Origin: Laetmonice hystrix
Taxonomy: Eukaryota
Reading direction: 5' to 3'
Assembly: GCA_965235115.1 (NCBI GenBank)
Contig: OZ249436.1
Coordinates: 23,996,001 to 24,060,000 of the forward strand
DNA: 64,000 bases
Below the pieces are notes generated by a model that searched no databases, was not told the DNA's origin, and was given only the letters and a program-made list of their open reading frames with translations. The position numbers and the translations under genes were made by a program. Every line of letters starts with the position of its first letter. Position 1 is the first letter of the stretch. Positions 50,358-63,034 of this stretch are shown here, piece by piece.

Positions 50358-53329
50358 CTGAAAAATGGTTCTATTATATCTTGCACATAATAGGTAAGTA
50401 CACATTCGTCTGGTAAAAACGTACTTTGTACCAGCTTATAATATTTGGCTCTATGTATGTGTCTCAAAATGATCATACATATTATGAGTTACCCCTCATG
50501 TAGTTCTGTTGCAGACCTAGTGGTGAGCTGGCCCGCGCAGCGCGCGGGCCAGTCCCATCACTAGGTCCGGGTGCTGGCCCTAGTGGTGCGCTGGCCCGCG
50601 TGTTGCGCACCACTAGGGCAGCCCTAGTGAAGGGAGGTGCGACTCCGCTCTAACTTGCCCATTCCAGTAAATATGTTTTAGCTGTATCTTCCCTAGCACT
50701 CATTAGGGGAAGCAAAGGTAATTTTACATATAGTTTGAACCTTCCAACACGTTTAACTCCAATTTCAGGACCTCTTTTCCACATGCTTCATGTGTAAAGT
50801 TCTATGCAGCACCAGGGCCAGCCATCACTAGGGCCAGCACCCGGACCTAGTGGTGGGCTGGCCCTAGTGAAGGGAGAAGCGATCTTAAACATCCGGGATA
50901 AAAGGAATATATACCGTACTCGGGACCATTGCTGCAATGATCCAGCCCTTTTACCTCTATCTGTGTTGGATGGATCCCACCACAGCCTTTCACCATTCAC
51001 CTAGAAATCATGGGCCGGCCCTATATAATCTAGCGAAAATTTCAACAGAACAATTTTATTTTACGTTAAGACCTAGGATATGCAGATACAATTATTTATG
51101 TCTATAGACCTATTTATAATAGGCGTACACATACCCCTTTGTTTCATTTCAGGACATAATATTCATTCTATACTATTGTAAATGATTGGTTCCTGTCAAG
51201 TCCCAGGCAGCGTAATATACCGACTGCCCCTCCCCCCTCCCCCCTCCCCAATTATGCGTGGCCACCGGCCTTGGTCAGAGCCATCTCTGGCGCGCAAATA
51301 TATCCGATTCACAATACCTGATACATACCTAGGTAACTACATACGAAGTCCCGACCCGCACATTACTATATAGTGCCAGCGCACCACGCGGGCCAGGCAT
51401 CGGCCCTAGAGTGGCGCGCTGGCCCTAGTAATGCGAGAGTCGATTTAAGGGCGTCTAAATGAACAAAAAAAATATAAAAATACAGTTATGTTCTTTCCCT
51501 GAAGTGTGTAGCTACATGCACTATTTCGTATACGCAGACATGCAAACAATATCATGCCACTTGTCAAACAAAGAGCTGTAGAAAAAGAGGCCACTTCAAT
51601 AAGTTCTCCATTGACAAACACAGTAGGCTCCAAATATTTGGTCCCTTTATCAAAACATATATCATTGAATATATCATAACCTGCACTGAAAACTTTTCAC
51701 ATATTCTTATCATCTCCCTTAGGATATACAAACACGGGACGATGTGCCTTCACAGCGCGAAGTATGGAACGAGATGCTGGCGCATGGATACGGCACGACA
51801 CCGAAGGTGGAGTGCCGTATGTGTGCGCCAGCATGACCCTGATCCGACAGAGCATAGTTTGCAACCTGGCATGTCTATTGTGCATGATATTTAACGTCAT
51901 TATCAAAGTTTTGGGAACTATTAAATTACCAAACAAAGCTCGCTGTATTCATAACTATCAGGAGTCTCGCTAAAACAAAGACATCGGCGGAGACCTTTGA
52001 CGTGGGGAATAATTCTTGGTTCTTTTTTGTATATGTCATCGCGACAAATTTTGCTTGGTAAGCTCTGCTAGGTGGAAGAGTCACAAACTTTCAGGTTTTA
52101 ATACTACATTTGTTAATGATTTGAAATGGTTGTACGAAAAAGAATCATTGAATCTATTTATTAAATTTCATACTGAACAAAGGCCAAATATGTCTAGTTT
52201 CTTTTGCAATAATTTCTTGATTCATTATTGCCACCGCGAGCGAAAAAAATACTGGCTAGGCATATTCCATATTGCTGAAAAGATGTCAAGTCCTATATAG
52301 TTGAATAGCCTACAGTATAGGCCTATAGGCCTATATTTGCTGTCCGTTTTAGTAGCCCTTATAGCGAAGTATAAATGTTAGGGTTTCAGGGTTCGGGTTA
52401 ACATCATGGAGCTACAGAAAAAGAGGCCACTTCAATAAGTCATATCATTCTTTGAAAAGCGCGGCGGCCAAAGGTGTCATTTTATTTGGTGGCTTCCTCA
52501 AAGACGGCAGGCATCGGCTGGAGACATGGGTTTAAACTTTGTCACTTAGCAGAAATATGAATGGTTGTTTAATTTCTTTGAGGATGCCACTACAGATATA
52601 TGTAGACATAGCGCCTAATGCCGGCGGTGTAGCAAGAACGACTTCCCCGTTACCAGACCCCACACCTTGGCGTCGGAAGCCACTTTACGTGTGTCCTTTG
52701 CCCTGGCCTCCAGGCAGCGTCATGCACTAACCAGGCCTATATAAGCGACAGAAGCCAGGGGTTCTTTCCACATTCTCTCTAGCTTGTTACTTGTAACAAC
52801 TCTGAGCGAAACACTATTGCATTCAACGCGATTTCTACCTGACCAATTCACATTGATAATGATGGAGCAGTCTCACGGCAAAGGTGACGTTACGTCTACC
52901 TCATCAGATCGTCATCGACAAGTCATGAATGATTTGTGCCATCAGCAAATAGAGGCGCCCAATTCCATGGTCCTCTCCGACCCAAAATTCGACGCCATCG
53001 TTGACTACTTGAAAGATCCAAGTGACAAAGTAAGTCGATGTACTCATTGCTGCTATGGTCATTCATTTACAGCAAGACTCCAAGAAATCTTTGTGTGCAC
53101 AGGTGGCTGCCCGTAGGCAGCTATCCAGAGGGGGTGGTTCGTTGGAGGGCCAAAGGGGGACCGACAGGAAGCCCGGCGTCGGGGGGTCTGAGGGAAAGTG
53201 TTTTTAGGGGCGCCAAAGGCTCGCATCCTTGCTGGGGGGTCCGGGGGCATGTCCCCCAGGAAAATGTTGAAATTCAAGGTGTAATTTGGTAAAATCTGAT
53301 GCATTTTGGAGCACAAAATAAGCTATTCA

Positions 53330-53578
53330 ATGACCAGTGTAAATAGTGACCAACTGACGCTCAAGGTCATGAACGTACAGATGCAGCCAAACTCCTATGA
53401 TTGTGGTGTCTATGCTTTGGCATTTGCGACATCCCTGGTTCACCGAGAAGACCCGACGACCCTCAGCTACAGTGGAGTTCGACGTCACGTTAGCAACGCA
53501 ATGAAGGTGGGCCACCTGACGCCCTTTCCATCCCGGGGATGCCGTCGGTCACCTCGAGTCCTGACCACAATACCCTGA
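53330..53578 (+). pseudogene. Ulp1/C48 (SUMO-protease-like) C-terminal fragment
   Basis: VQMQPNSYDCGVYALAFA...RRHV...LTPFP: the Q-x-N-x-x-DCG catalytic Cys motif. Confidence 0.75.
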
Positions 53579-53582
53579 CAAC

Positions 53583-54705
53583 TGCCTCGCCATCTTCCAC
53601 CTGATGATCAGTTGGCATGTGTCGGGGTCCCCGCACATGTCACCTGACCACCCTGACCATCTGCCTCGCCATCATCCACTGACCACCTTGACAACAGCAT
53701 CTTCCTCGCCATCCTCCATCGACCACCTTGACAACAGCATCTTCCTCGCCATCTTGTACCTGGTGATCAGTTGGCATGTGTCGGGGTCCCCGCACATGTC
53801 ACCTGACCACCCTGACCATCTGCCTCGCCATCCTCCATCGACCACCTTGACAACAGCATCTTCCTCGCCATCTTCCACCTGATGATCAGTTGGCATGTGT
53901 CGGGGTCCCCGCACATGTCAACTGACCACCCTGACCATCTGCCTCGCCATCCTCCATCGACCACCTTGACAACAGCATCTTCCTCGCCATCTTCCACCTG
54001 ATGATCAGTTGGCATGTGTCGGGGTCCCCGCACATGTCAACTGACCACCCTGACCAACAGCATCTTCCTCGCCATCCTCCATCGACCACCTTGACATCAG
54101 CATCTTCCTCGCCATCTTCCACCTGATGATCAGTTGGCATGTGTCGGGGTCCCCGCACATGTCAAGTGACCACCCTGATCATCTGCCTCGCCATCCTCCA
54201 TCGACCACCTTGACAACAGCATCTTCCTCGCCATCTTCCACCTGATGATTAGTTGGCATGTGTCGGGGTCCCCGCACATGTCAACTGACCACCCTGACCA
54301 TCTGCCTCGCCATCCTCCATCGACCACCTTTACAACAGCATCTTCCTCGCCATCTTCCACCTGATGATCAGTTGGCATGTGTCGGGGTCCCCGCACATGT
54401 CAACTGACCACCCTGACCATCTGCCTCGCCATCTTCCATCTACCACCTTGACAACAGCATCTTTCTCGCCATCCTCCATCGACCACCTTGAAAACAGCAT
54501 CTTCCTCGCCATCTTCTACCTGGTGATCAGTTGGCATGTGTCGGAGTCCCCGCACATGTTAACTGACCACCCTGACCATCTGCCTCGCCATCTTCCATCG
54601 ACCACCTTGACAACAGCATCTTCCTCGCCATCTTCTACCTGGTGATCAGTTGGCATGTGTCGGGGTCCCCGCACATGTCACCTGACCACCCTGACCATCT
54701 GCCAT
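53583..54705. repeat. Minisatellite, 9 units of about 119 bp (some about 159 bp), each with a 40-nt palindrome
   Basis: gttggcatgtgtcgg recurs nine times, at about 53611, 53770, 53888, 54008, 54133, 54252, 54371, 54530 and 54649. Confidence 0.92.
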
Positions 54706-56080
54706 CTGCCGATCACAAAAGAAGAGATAAATGCTTGTGTCTTCATAGCTCTTTATATGCTCTCTACTAACTGATACACGCATATAATAATGGCAAGGCC
54801 CATACTTTTCTGTTTTTTTTCTGTTGGTTGCTAGGTCGAAAACAACGACCTAGCAACCATTCACTTCTATGTTAAATTATCGACGTCGTTATTATCGACC
54901 TTTGAAAAACCGGCCCCTGGCAGGGTAGCATACTGACTTGGGTGCTATACGGTGTATAACGGGTTATATATGTAACAGAGATACATATAATATCGGGGTA
55001 CGGGTAATACATAAGGATATCTGGCAACTCTAAATCACTAGAATTACATATATAATTTTAATGTCACATTACTATCTTATTTTTACTACTAATTTTGTAA
55101 AATTAGTAGTCAGGGGTACTGACTTCGGTGCTATAGGGTGCCTTCATAAGTATGCGGGGTTGATGACTTGGATGCTACGGTGTAGGCCTATTGAGGCGAT
55201 ATAACGTGTAGTACCGTCCATGTAACGTATAGGCCAAGTATCATTGAAGTGATATACGTGAAATATATACATATGTAATATGTGCAGGCATACGGTACAG
55301 TATATATTCCGAGTACGGTATATATTCCTTTTATCCCGGATGTTTAAGATCGCTTCTCCCTTCACTAGGGCCAGCCCACCACTAGGTCCGGGTGCTGGCC
55401 CTAGTGATGGCTGGCCCTGGTGCTGCATAGGACTTTACACATGAAGCATGTGGAAAAGAGGTACTGAAATTGGAGTTAAACGTGTTGGAAGGTTCAAACT
55501 ATATGTACAATTACCTTTGCTTCCCCTAATGAGTGCTAGGGAAGATACAGCTAAAACAAATTTACTGGAATGGGCAAGTTAGAGCGGAGTCGCACCTCCC
55601 TTCACTAGGGCTGCCCTAGTGGTGCGCAACACGCGGGCCAGCGCACCACTAGGGCCAGCACCCGGACCTAGTGATGGGACTGGCCCGCGCGCCGCGCGGG
55701 CCAGCTTACCACTAGGTCCGCAACAGTACTACTGACAAAGGCTATGTATAAATCAGTATGACATAAAAGCAAAAATGGGGCAACAATTTGATCATGGCTC
55801 CAGTAACAACGAGACTGATGATGAGCAAACCCCTAAAAAACTGTCCATTATTGCTACCTGAAACCAAAAAAGAGGAATAAACATTGGCTGCACAAAAACA
55901 GTGGAAATCCGCCAATCGGCAGAAAAATCTCATTCCTGAATAACAGACCTGAACTTGAAGAAATATTTTAATGTAAAGAAAGGTTTGAGAAAGCTACATG
56001 ACCACGTGATGGTATGATGTCTCTTTTGAACACGCCAGTATTTTAAATAGCACAAAGTTATGTGACTTTTGAAGTCATAA

Positions 56081-56604
56081 AGCCCCTTTCCCACCTTCAC
56101 ACAATTTTTTATGCCGATGTCAGATCATGGCAAGTCAGAGGGAAGCCTTGGGGTGTTGTAAATGTAGTCAAGGGAAGTCCTGAACAGTCGCAAAAGTTTT
56201 CGCAACCAAGTCATCATCTCGTTTTTGACAAGGCGCAAGTTTCAAAATGTTCATATGTAGTCACGATATGCTTTGAATACCCATGACATAACATAACATG
56301 ACCAAGAAACGACTGAGACAGATAGTCTTGAATAGTCGTAGCTAAGTTGTAAGTTGTAAGGTCATGGGAGATCGTAGTAATTTGTGGCACATCGTGATAC
56401 ACCGCTATTGTATCAAATTACTGGTACCATGCCAGTGTCATGGCACATCAGACTGGCGTCCTACTAGCTTCGTATATTTCGTAACATAATCATGGCTGTG
56501 ACAGAATTTTGAGCTCGACAGGCAGACGGATCATGACTCACTACGATTGATAGATCTTGGTATATCGAATCGGGGGTAAAAATCATAAAAGTGGGAAAGG
56601 GGCT
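56081..56604. mobile_element. PIF/Harbinger MITE
   Basis: TIR AGCCCCTTTCCCAC; TSD TAA. Confidence 0.82.
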
Positions 56605-56702
56605 TAACAGCTGATAAGTTGCATAAAATCTCCTAAAATACCCTCCACACTGACTTGTTATATTACAGCCATTATTATATAAATTTGAGTTTTAGTACTT
56701 AA

Positions 56703-57551
56703 GGAGGTATGATCATGACGTAGTTTGGGCCACTGTGCAATGTTTGCGCACCATCAGTCAGTTCGGACATCTAGTTTACGACAGTCCAAGACTGGTTGTC
56801 AATATCAATAAAATTAGAAGATTATCACATTATTTTAACACCACTCTCTCTTAAACGCCATTTTATGCACTATATAGGTATATATACAAATACAACTTGT
56901 CATAAGTGTGCATTGAATCCGATTATGACAACGCGATCGAGAGGGAACACGCGGCTGACGAGTGTCAACACAGGACCCTCGTCCGTTGGCGGGCTGTGTG
57001 CTGTGTGCACACACACACAGACCCACACCCCGCCCAACCCGAACAGACGAGGCTCCTGTGGTGTCAGTGACGGTGTCAGGCAGGGAGGCGCTGGGCGGGA
57101 GGACCGGCCGACTGCTTAAATATAGCCCTGGCTATACACAGGAAGAAAATGGGGAATATTACAATATGAGAACATTGTTAAAATATATAATTAACATAAA
57201 AAGTATTTATACTTTAATATTTTTAAATTTTAAAAGGTCCAAGAAAAATATAAAAACAGGCATGAACTACTCCAAATCGATACTGTTTAAAAGTTTGATG
57301 TGTCTAGATGACTTTGTGACAGAAGAAACATGTTAATAAAATATATTTGGGTGTCGAAATGAGAAAAATCGAAAATATGTATATTTTGCCATTTTTTACA
57401 CACCTGAATATATAAATGTTGCTATGGAAACCAAATTAGGATGGTGACACATATTTTTTTGACATATATTTCGACTATCCTATTAGAGTAGTTGAATTTG
57501 GAAGCTTTTCAGAGGTTTTGCAATACTTTCATTTCTGACGATCATACCTCC
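56703..57551. mobile_element. Kolobok-type MITE
   Basis: TTAA|GGAGGTATGATC...GATCATACCTCC|TTAA. Confidence 0.82.
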
Positions 57552-58172
57552 TTAAATTCACAAAGAAAGGTGCTGCGCTAATGGCAAGTCAGTATAGATA
57601 GTTTAGGTTTTTCTCCTAAACAAGACCCCATCAGAGTCACAGCTCCCCAAAGGACTATGGACTAATTATATGTGGGTATAGAAACAATTGTGTATTTTTG
57701 AGATACATTCCATGTGAAAACATCTTTAGCCTGACTCTGACTGACCTCACGAGGTAACTAAATGAAATAGTTTTGTCACATACATGGGATTGATTCCGGA
57801 GGGGGGGGGGAGGGGGCAGTTGGCCCCTTGAGATTTCCAGTTTTCTTTATGGAATCCCCAACATTAACACTGTTATTCACACCTCGGTGGTACTTGCTCA
57901 GGAGGCACGGCACCCCCTCGTATTTGGGCCACGCTTTAGCCATGGCATAGCACCCATTCTTATGAGGCTAGCAAGTTACCCATACTAGATTCCTTGAATA
58001 TAATGGGCGTTTCCAAAGAAAAGGAAACCATGAATAAAGTACTGATCACAGCAAATGGGCTGAACATTGAGGAAAGATAGATAATCCTGTTAAATGTATT
58101 CATATTCCTGTTCCCTGGCTACGAAATCCACTGCACGGCCCTGAACAATGCAGTCAATATACGTTTTTCTCA

Positions 58173-59854
58173 GACCCTAGTCACACTAGAGGCGGAATGA
58201 GCCTGAATGCTGTCGGAATGAAAATTCTTGGTATATTCCTGGATATTCGAAGTGCATTCTAAAAGTTCTGACTGCATTCTGAATGCATTCCAAATATTCG
58301 GGCCCATTCTTGTGGCCGGCCCGAATGTTTTGCTCATGCTCAAAACTTTCAAGGTGCATTCGAAGTGGAAAAGAATCGAACGGCATTCGAAGTGTATTCT
58401 AAATACACTCTGACTGCATTCTAAATATTCTTACGGCATTCCAACAGCATTCGAAACATTCTGATCGCATTCGAGGGAGAATCGAAACGGCAAGCCACTT
58501 CAAATCCTGCCAGAATGTTCCGAATGCGCCTCGAATGAGCCGGAATGCACCTAGAATGCATCTCGATTGCTGCCGGAATCTATACTCGGGACATTCGAAT
58601 TACATTCTTAGTACATTCTTAGTACATTCGAAGTATTCGCGCTGCATTCTGTTTGAATTCTTGGACGTTCGAACCATATTCGGCTGCCATTTTGGGAGCG
58701 TTCTGACTGCATTCGAAGTGAATTCGTACAGCATTCGAGGCACCTTCCAACCAGACTTCGGGCAGTATTTGGGAAGCAATGGAACCACACTCGTACGGCA
58801 TTCGAGGTGCATTCTAAATATTCTGACTGCATTCTAACAGCATTCTAAATATTCCTACTGTGTTCCAACTACATCCGAGCTGCATTCCAGAGCTAATACA
58901 CCCGGAATGTGCTAGAATCATTCGAGGCGGGTTCGAAGCGCATTCTAAGTATTCGAACGCCATTCTTACAAAGCTGTAAGAATTTTGGTCAATTTGAAAT
59001 TCCCTCCCGAATGTGGCGCGAATTTTGAGAATTCTTCATTCCAGCTGGTTCTGCTTGATTCCTGTTGATTCTGAATAGGGCGTGCAAGTCTCGCGTCCTT
59101 GACCCCTAAATGACCCGAAATAGCCTCGAAACGCGTCACTTTGGTCCCTAAACGACTGTTACGTCACAATTTCTCCATTGGTTTAACATGAGATGAGAAA
59201 ACACACTTTCAAACATCGACCAGATTTTTGTCAGTTTTGACATCTAAGACATGAAATGTATTCTTTCATACGTAAAACAGGTTGGTGCTCTTGTTTTGTA
59301 AGTTACAAGAATAAAAGCGCCCTAACTATGAAATAAATAATATTTAGAAGTGGAGAGTTGCCGGCTCCTATGGGAGTCGCAATGCTAAAGTGACGAGGTT
59401 ACGACACGTTAGGACCAAAGCCGGCCGTTCTCGGGTTGAAGACCCACTTGCACACCCTATAAGTGTGACAGGGGCATAATCGAGATGCATTCGAGGTGCA
59501 TTCCGGCTCATTTGAGGTGCTTTTGGGACATTCTGGCAGGATTTGAAGTGCCTTGCCATTTTGATTCTCCCTCAGAATGCTGTTGAAATGCCATAGGAAT
59601 ATTTCGAATGCAGTCAGAGTGCATTTAGAATACATTTCGAATGCCATTCGATATTTCTTCACTTCAAATCCACCTCGAAAGTTTTGAGCAAGAGCAAATC
59701 ATTCAGGCCGGCCACAAGAATGGGCCCAAATATTTGGAATGCATTCAGAATACAATCAGAATTTTTAGAATGCACTTCAAATATCCAGGAATGTACAAAG
59801 AATTTTCATTCCGACGCCATTCCGGCTGATTCCACCTCTAGTGTGACTAGGGTT
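58173..59854. mobile_element. PIF/Harbinger MITE with long TIRs and gcattc/gaatgc subrepeats (contains a nested insertion)
   Basis: TIR ACCCTAGTCACACTAGAGG; flanks TCA/TAA. Confidence 0.8.
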
Positions 59855-59857
59855 TAA

Positions 59858-60197
59858 AGGTGCTATTCGTCTCGCACAGAATGGCATTTCTCCTATCATA
59901 CATTGTGCACATAGTACTAGAAACAATTCCTACCGATACCATTGGCCTGATAAACCTTCTATTAGTTTGTGTGCAGCATTTGAAACCTATCTCGGTGCGC
60001 ACCGAGATAGAGCCATTTCCTATGGTGGGGCGTGTCAGGATCTCCACAGGCCTTCTGAGAGAGTCCCATTTGTGCCGTTATCCATGAAAAAGTTTGATTT
60101 CCTTTGTTGTGAATCTATTTCCATGATAGGTGGGATCACATAAACGTCAACAAAATTAAAAATAAAAAAATTGAATTTTTGTTCACGAATAGCACCT
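59858..60197. mobile_element. Kolobok-type MITE abutting the Harbinger MITE
   Basis: TTAA|AGGTGCTATTCGT...ACGAATAGCACCT|TTAA. Confidence 0.82.
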
Positions 60198-61001
60198 TTA
60201 ACACTGACCGGGCCAAATCAAACACAACGTCATATTGGACACACTGGTTTTATACGTACCAGTTTAATCATAAGTTTGGTACGAATGGTAAGAGAAAAGA
60301 AGTATGTACCAAATAATCTTTGCCTTTTATGGCAATAATTATTAGGCTTTCCTAGTACTTTACTAATGGCATTGTTTTAGCACGTTTTTTTTGCTGGCTG
60401 CACGTTGCATGGCATGCAAATTGAACACAAGCGCGCCTTACAGGGTGTCTTAAAGAGGAATTTCGTGACACAAAATAAATTTTCAGCACAACAAGGAGGG
60501 CGAACTTGAGTGTGTCTTAGCCAGAACTGGATAAGGTGCGTGCGCAGACTGGCGCGGGATGTTGCTAAGGGGCAAAGTTTGAAGGCCAGTTTGAGTTGAG
60601 AAGGCACGTGAACAGTTTGCTGCCCGCCTCCATCCCCGACGCCTCCCGGGTTCCTTTGGTCACCTGTTTGGCCGTAGGGCCCAACAAATAATGATGGTTC
60701 TCGGTTCTGCCCGTAGCCACGGGGAACTAGAACTAAGAAGACTTACGTTATGGACAAGAAATTTATATCCTGGTCCTTTCCCGTAGCCAGGGGAGGGCGA
60801 GAAGGACATTGACATTAAATCACTTGAGCAGATTTCCCGCATCGATTTACCCTTTCCCAAATTATACATATTTGCTCCATGATATGATTTATCATCCATC
60901 ATCTGTTCATGTACTAATAAATGGCTTAAATATTCACTTCAATAATAACAGACTACTGGTATCCTCTATGCTCTTCCTATAATACTAAACGGGAGACTTA
61001 C

Positions 61002-61104
61002 CCTCAGAAGTGGAATGGCAACTTTACCAAGGAATTCAGCCTTCTTGTCTCTATCCTCATCATACACAGTCACCTCCAGTACTGAGTGTATGTCCTTAAC
61101 GTTG
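61002..61104 (-). CDS. MCTP: MCTP coding exon (end of third C2 domain)
   Basis: ttcag|C-AAC...AGG|gtaagt; translates [34 protein letters not shown], matching the MCTP1/2 C2C segment ([16 protein letters not shown]...[10 protein letters not shown]). Confidence 0.93.
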
Positions 61105-61678
61105 CTGAACAAAAATCATCACAATTATTTACATACTGCAATATTCTTTGAACACTTCCAAAGTGTACTATGATCCTAGCATAAATACAAAGTGCTCAAA
61201 AGGGACCGTCACACTTAATGGGGAACATGGTCGCCGCTTTTTCCGCATGGCGGCAGCACTGTGCAAGCGGTTCAGGAGGCGACATTTTAGCATAGAATTA
61301 GAAAGGCTGATATCTGCTCATCTGTGGCTGGTTGCCATACCGACATTTGTTCTAAAAAGTTATGACAAGTTTTAAACTTCTTTCATTCACTTTAGCCCAA
61401 ATGAGTTATTATTATTAATTAATGATGACTCATGAGGTTAGGTCATTCTACAGCACATTAGCATTTCTTCGTCCTATCTAAACTTATGCTAACGTACTGC
61501 AGCAAGGACTGCTTGCACAGTGCTGCCGCCTTGCGGATTTGACTTGAAATCCCCATTGCGCATGCGTCTAATATACCCCATTCATAGTGTGAATGTGACA
61601 CTCTTCACGAGTGTTCCTAAAGGCTAAATTAACAACTACATGTAGGTAGGGACTAATTATTTGTTGCCATAGAAACTG

Positions 61679-61934
61679 GAAGTAGAATTATAATTTTACC
61701 GAGGACACGTAGTGTTATAGGGAATATCTGAGGAGAGCACGTGCTCGGGAAGATGGCAGACTTGAACTAAGTGCGAGTTAAAGAAGCAAAGAATCCCCCT
61801 AACTGTACGAGACTGACCTTGTCTAAGTCTCTAAGTCCCCAGTATCAACCCCTTGAGACCAGCGGTCGGTGGGAAAGGGCAGATATTCCCTACAACACTA
61901 CGTGTTGTCCTCAGTAAAATTATAATTCTACTTC
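61679..61934. repeat. Fold-back element with about 50-bp inverted arms
   Basis: gaagtagaattataattttac...gggaatatctg / cagatattccc...gtaaaattataattctacttc. Confidence 0.65.
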
Positions 61935-62599
61935 AACTTGTACCAAGGTAAGTCTCATTTAATTTTAATATTTTACTGAGGACAACACTGACGTGTTTCC
62001 GGAAATATCTGAGACTTTTAGAAATTATTTGCGTCTTAACTCGCTTATGGGCATGACAAGAAGACAAATGCATTATTACATAAAGAACACACTTTATTTA
62101 GGTCAATGCTTTATTTAACAATCTCTGTACGCAACCTCTTGGTCTTCATCGATATCCTTATTATATACAGAGCGAATGACCGTACATTTCGCCATCTAGC
62201 TATCGAAGCTCCCAATCTATAAGGGAAAACGTTGTTTACAAACAAAGCTGCGCGTCACGTGCATGCACGACTCTCGCAGGGCAAGACAGCTTCCGGTACA
62301 CAACATCAACAAACCAAACGTCGAAGAGACTGCTCACGGACCCGTCTGCTTAAATGTTGCTGGTTAGATTACACACGGTCACCTATGCTGTCTGTCAGCA
62401 GGCATGTAGCAGGTCTAAAGATTAGCTAACACTTATTGTAGCTACCGCAACTCATATAATAGACGGACGTGAAGTTTAATACTGATGGGTTTATTTTGAA
62501 GCGCAACACGAGTACATCATGGATGTAGAAACTTCTTGATAAAGACCACAGTAAACCTGTAAGGACAAGACAACTGTCTTAGTTATCAGTTTACTACTA

Positions 62600-63034
62600 C
62601 GTCATCCCGCGGGCACACGAACGCGCACCGCTGGATGCTAGGTGGGACACCCCCCGGGAGGTCACGTGCATTAGGGGAGCTGTGGTGTGGTGCCGGCCAA
62701 AGGACGGAGGACCGGTGCGGTCCTACAACTGGCAGCACCCACGACGAGTTGAGCGGGAGCTACCGTGGGATACCATTCAACCACGGGTCAGTAGGGCATC
62801 GAGGGCGCCAGTGCTCCTCTGACCGCCCAGTCAACCCGGATGCCCTGCATTCCCCCCGCCCCAGCAACCACTCAGTTGGTTCCGGCTGACGACAGCCAAA
62901 TGGACACGGCTGACCCGGAGGTCGGCCGTGGTATTAAGAGACCCACGGGAGAGGGACCTGTCACTCGACTACAGGCTAAGCGCGCACAACAATCATGCAG
63001 CTACCTCTCTACGTTCTGGTGGCCTGCGCCATAG
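62600..63034 (+). pseudogene. Integrase C-terminal tail of second env-bearing gypsy element
   Basis: VIPRAHERAPLDARWD...IRGAVV aligns with VVLKVSERVTLDPRWD...LRDPVI of the element at 31 kb. Confidence 0.7.

Larger units (their letters stand above)
50507..55725. mobile_element. Ginger-like non-autonomous DNA transposon with about 420-bp TIRs
   Basis: TIRs about 50507-50923 and 55309-55725 (near identical); TGT...ACA termini; 4-bp flanks GTTC/GTAC. Confidence 0.72.

Noticed and set aside
53583..54705. CRISPR-like array (palindromic repeats with spacers)
   Set aside because: The spacers are near-identical to each other, there are no cas genes and the context is a eukaryotic intron; it is a minisatellite.
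50804..55428. Duplicated small ORF MQHQGQPSLG... as a gene pair
   Set aside because: The identity comes from the two TIRs, and the ORFs diverge exactly where the TIR ends.
58170..59830. Cluster of 60-100-aa ORFs
   Set aside because: Arise from gcattc/gaatgc subrepeats of a Harbinger MITE; no recognisable domain.
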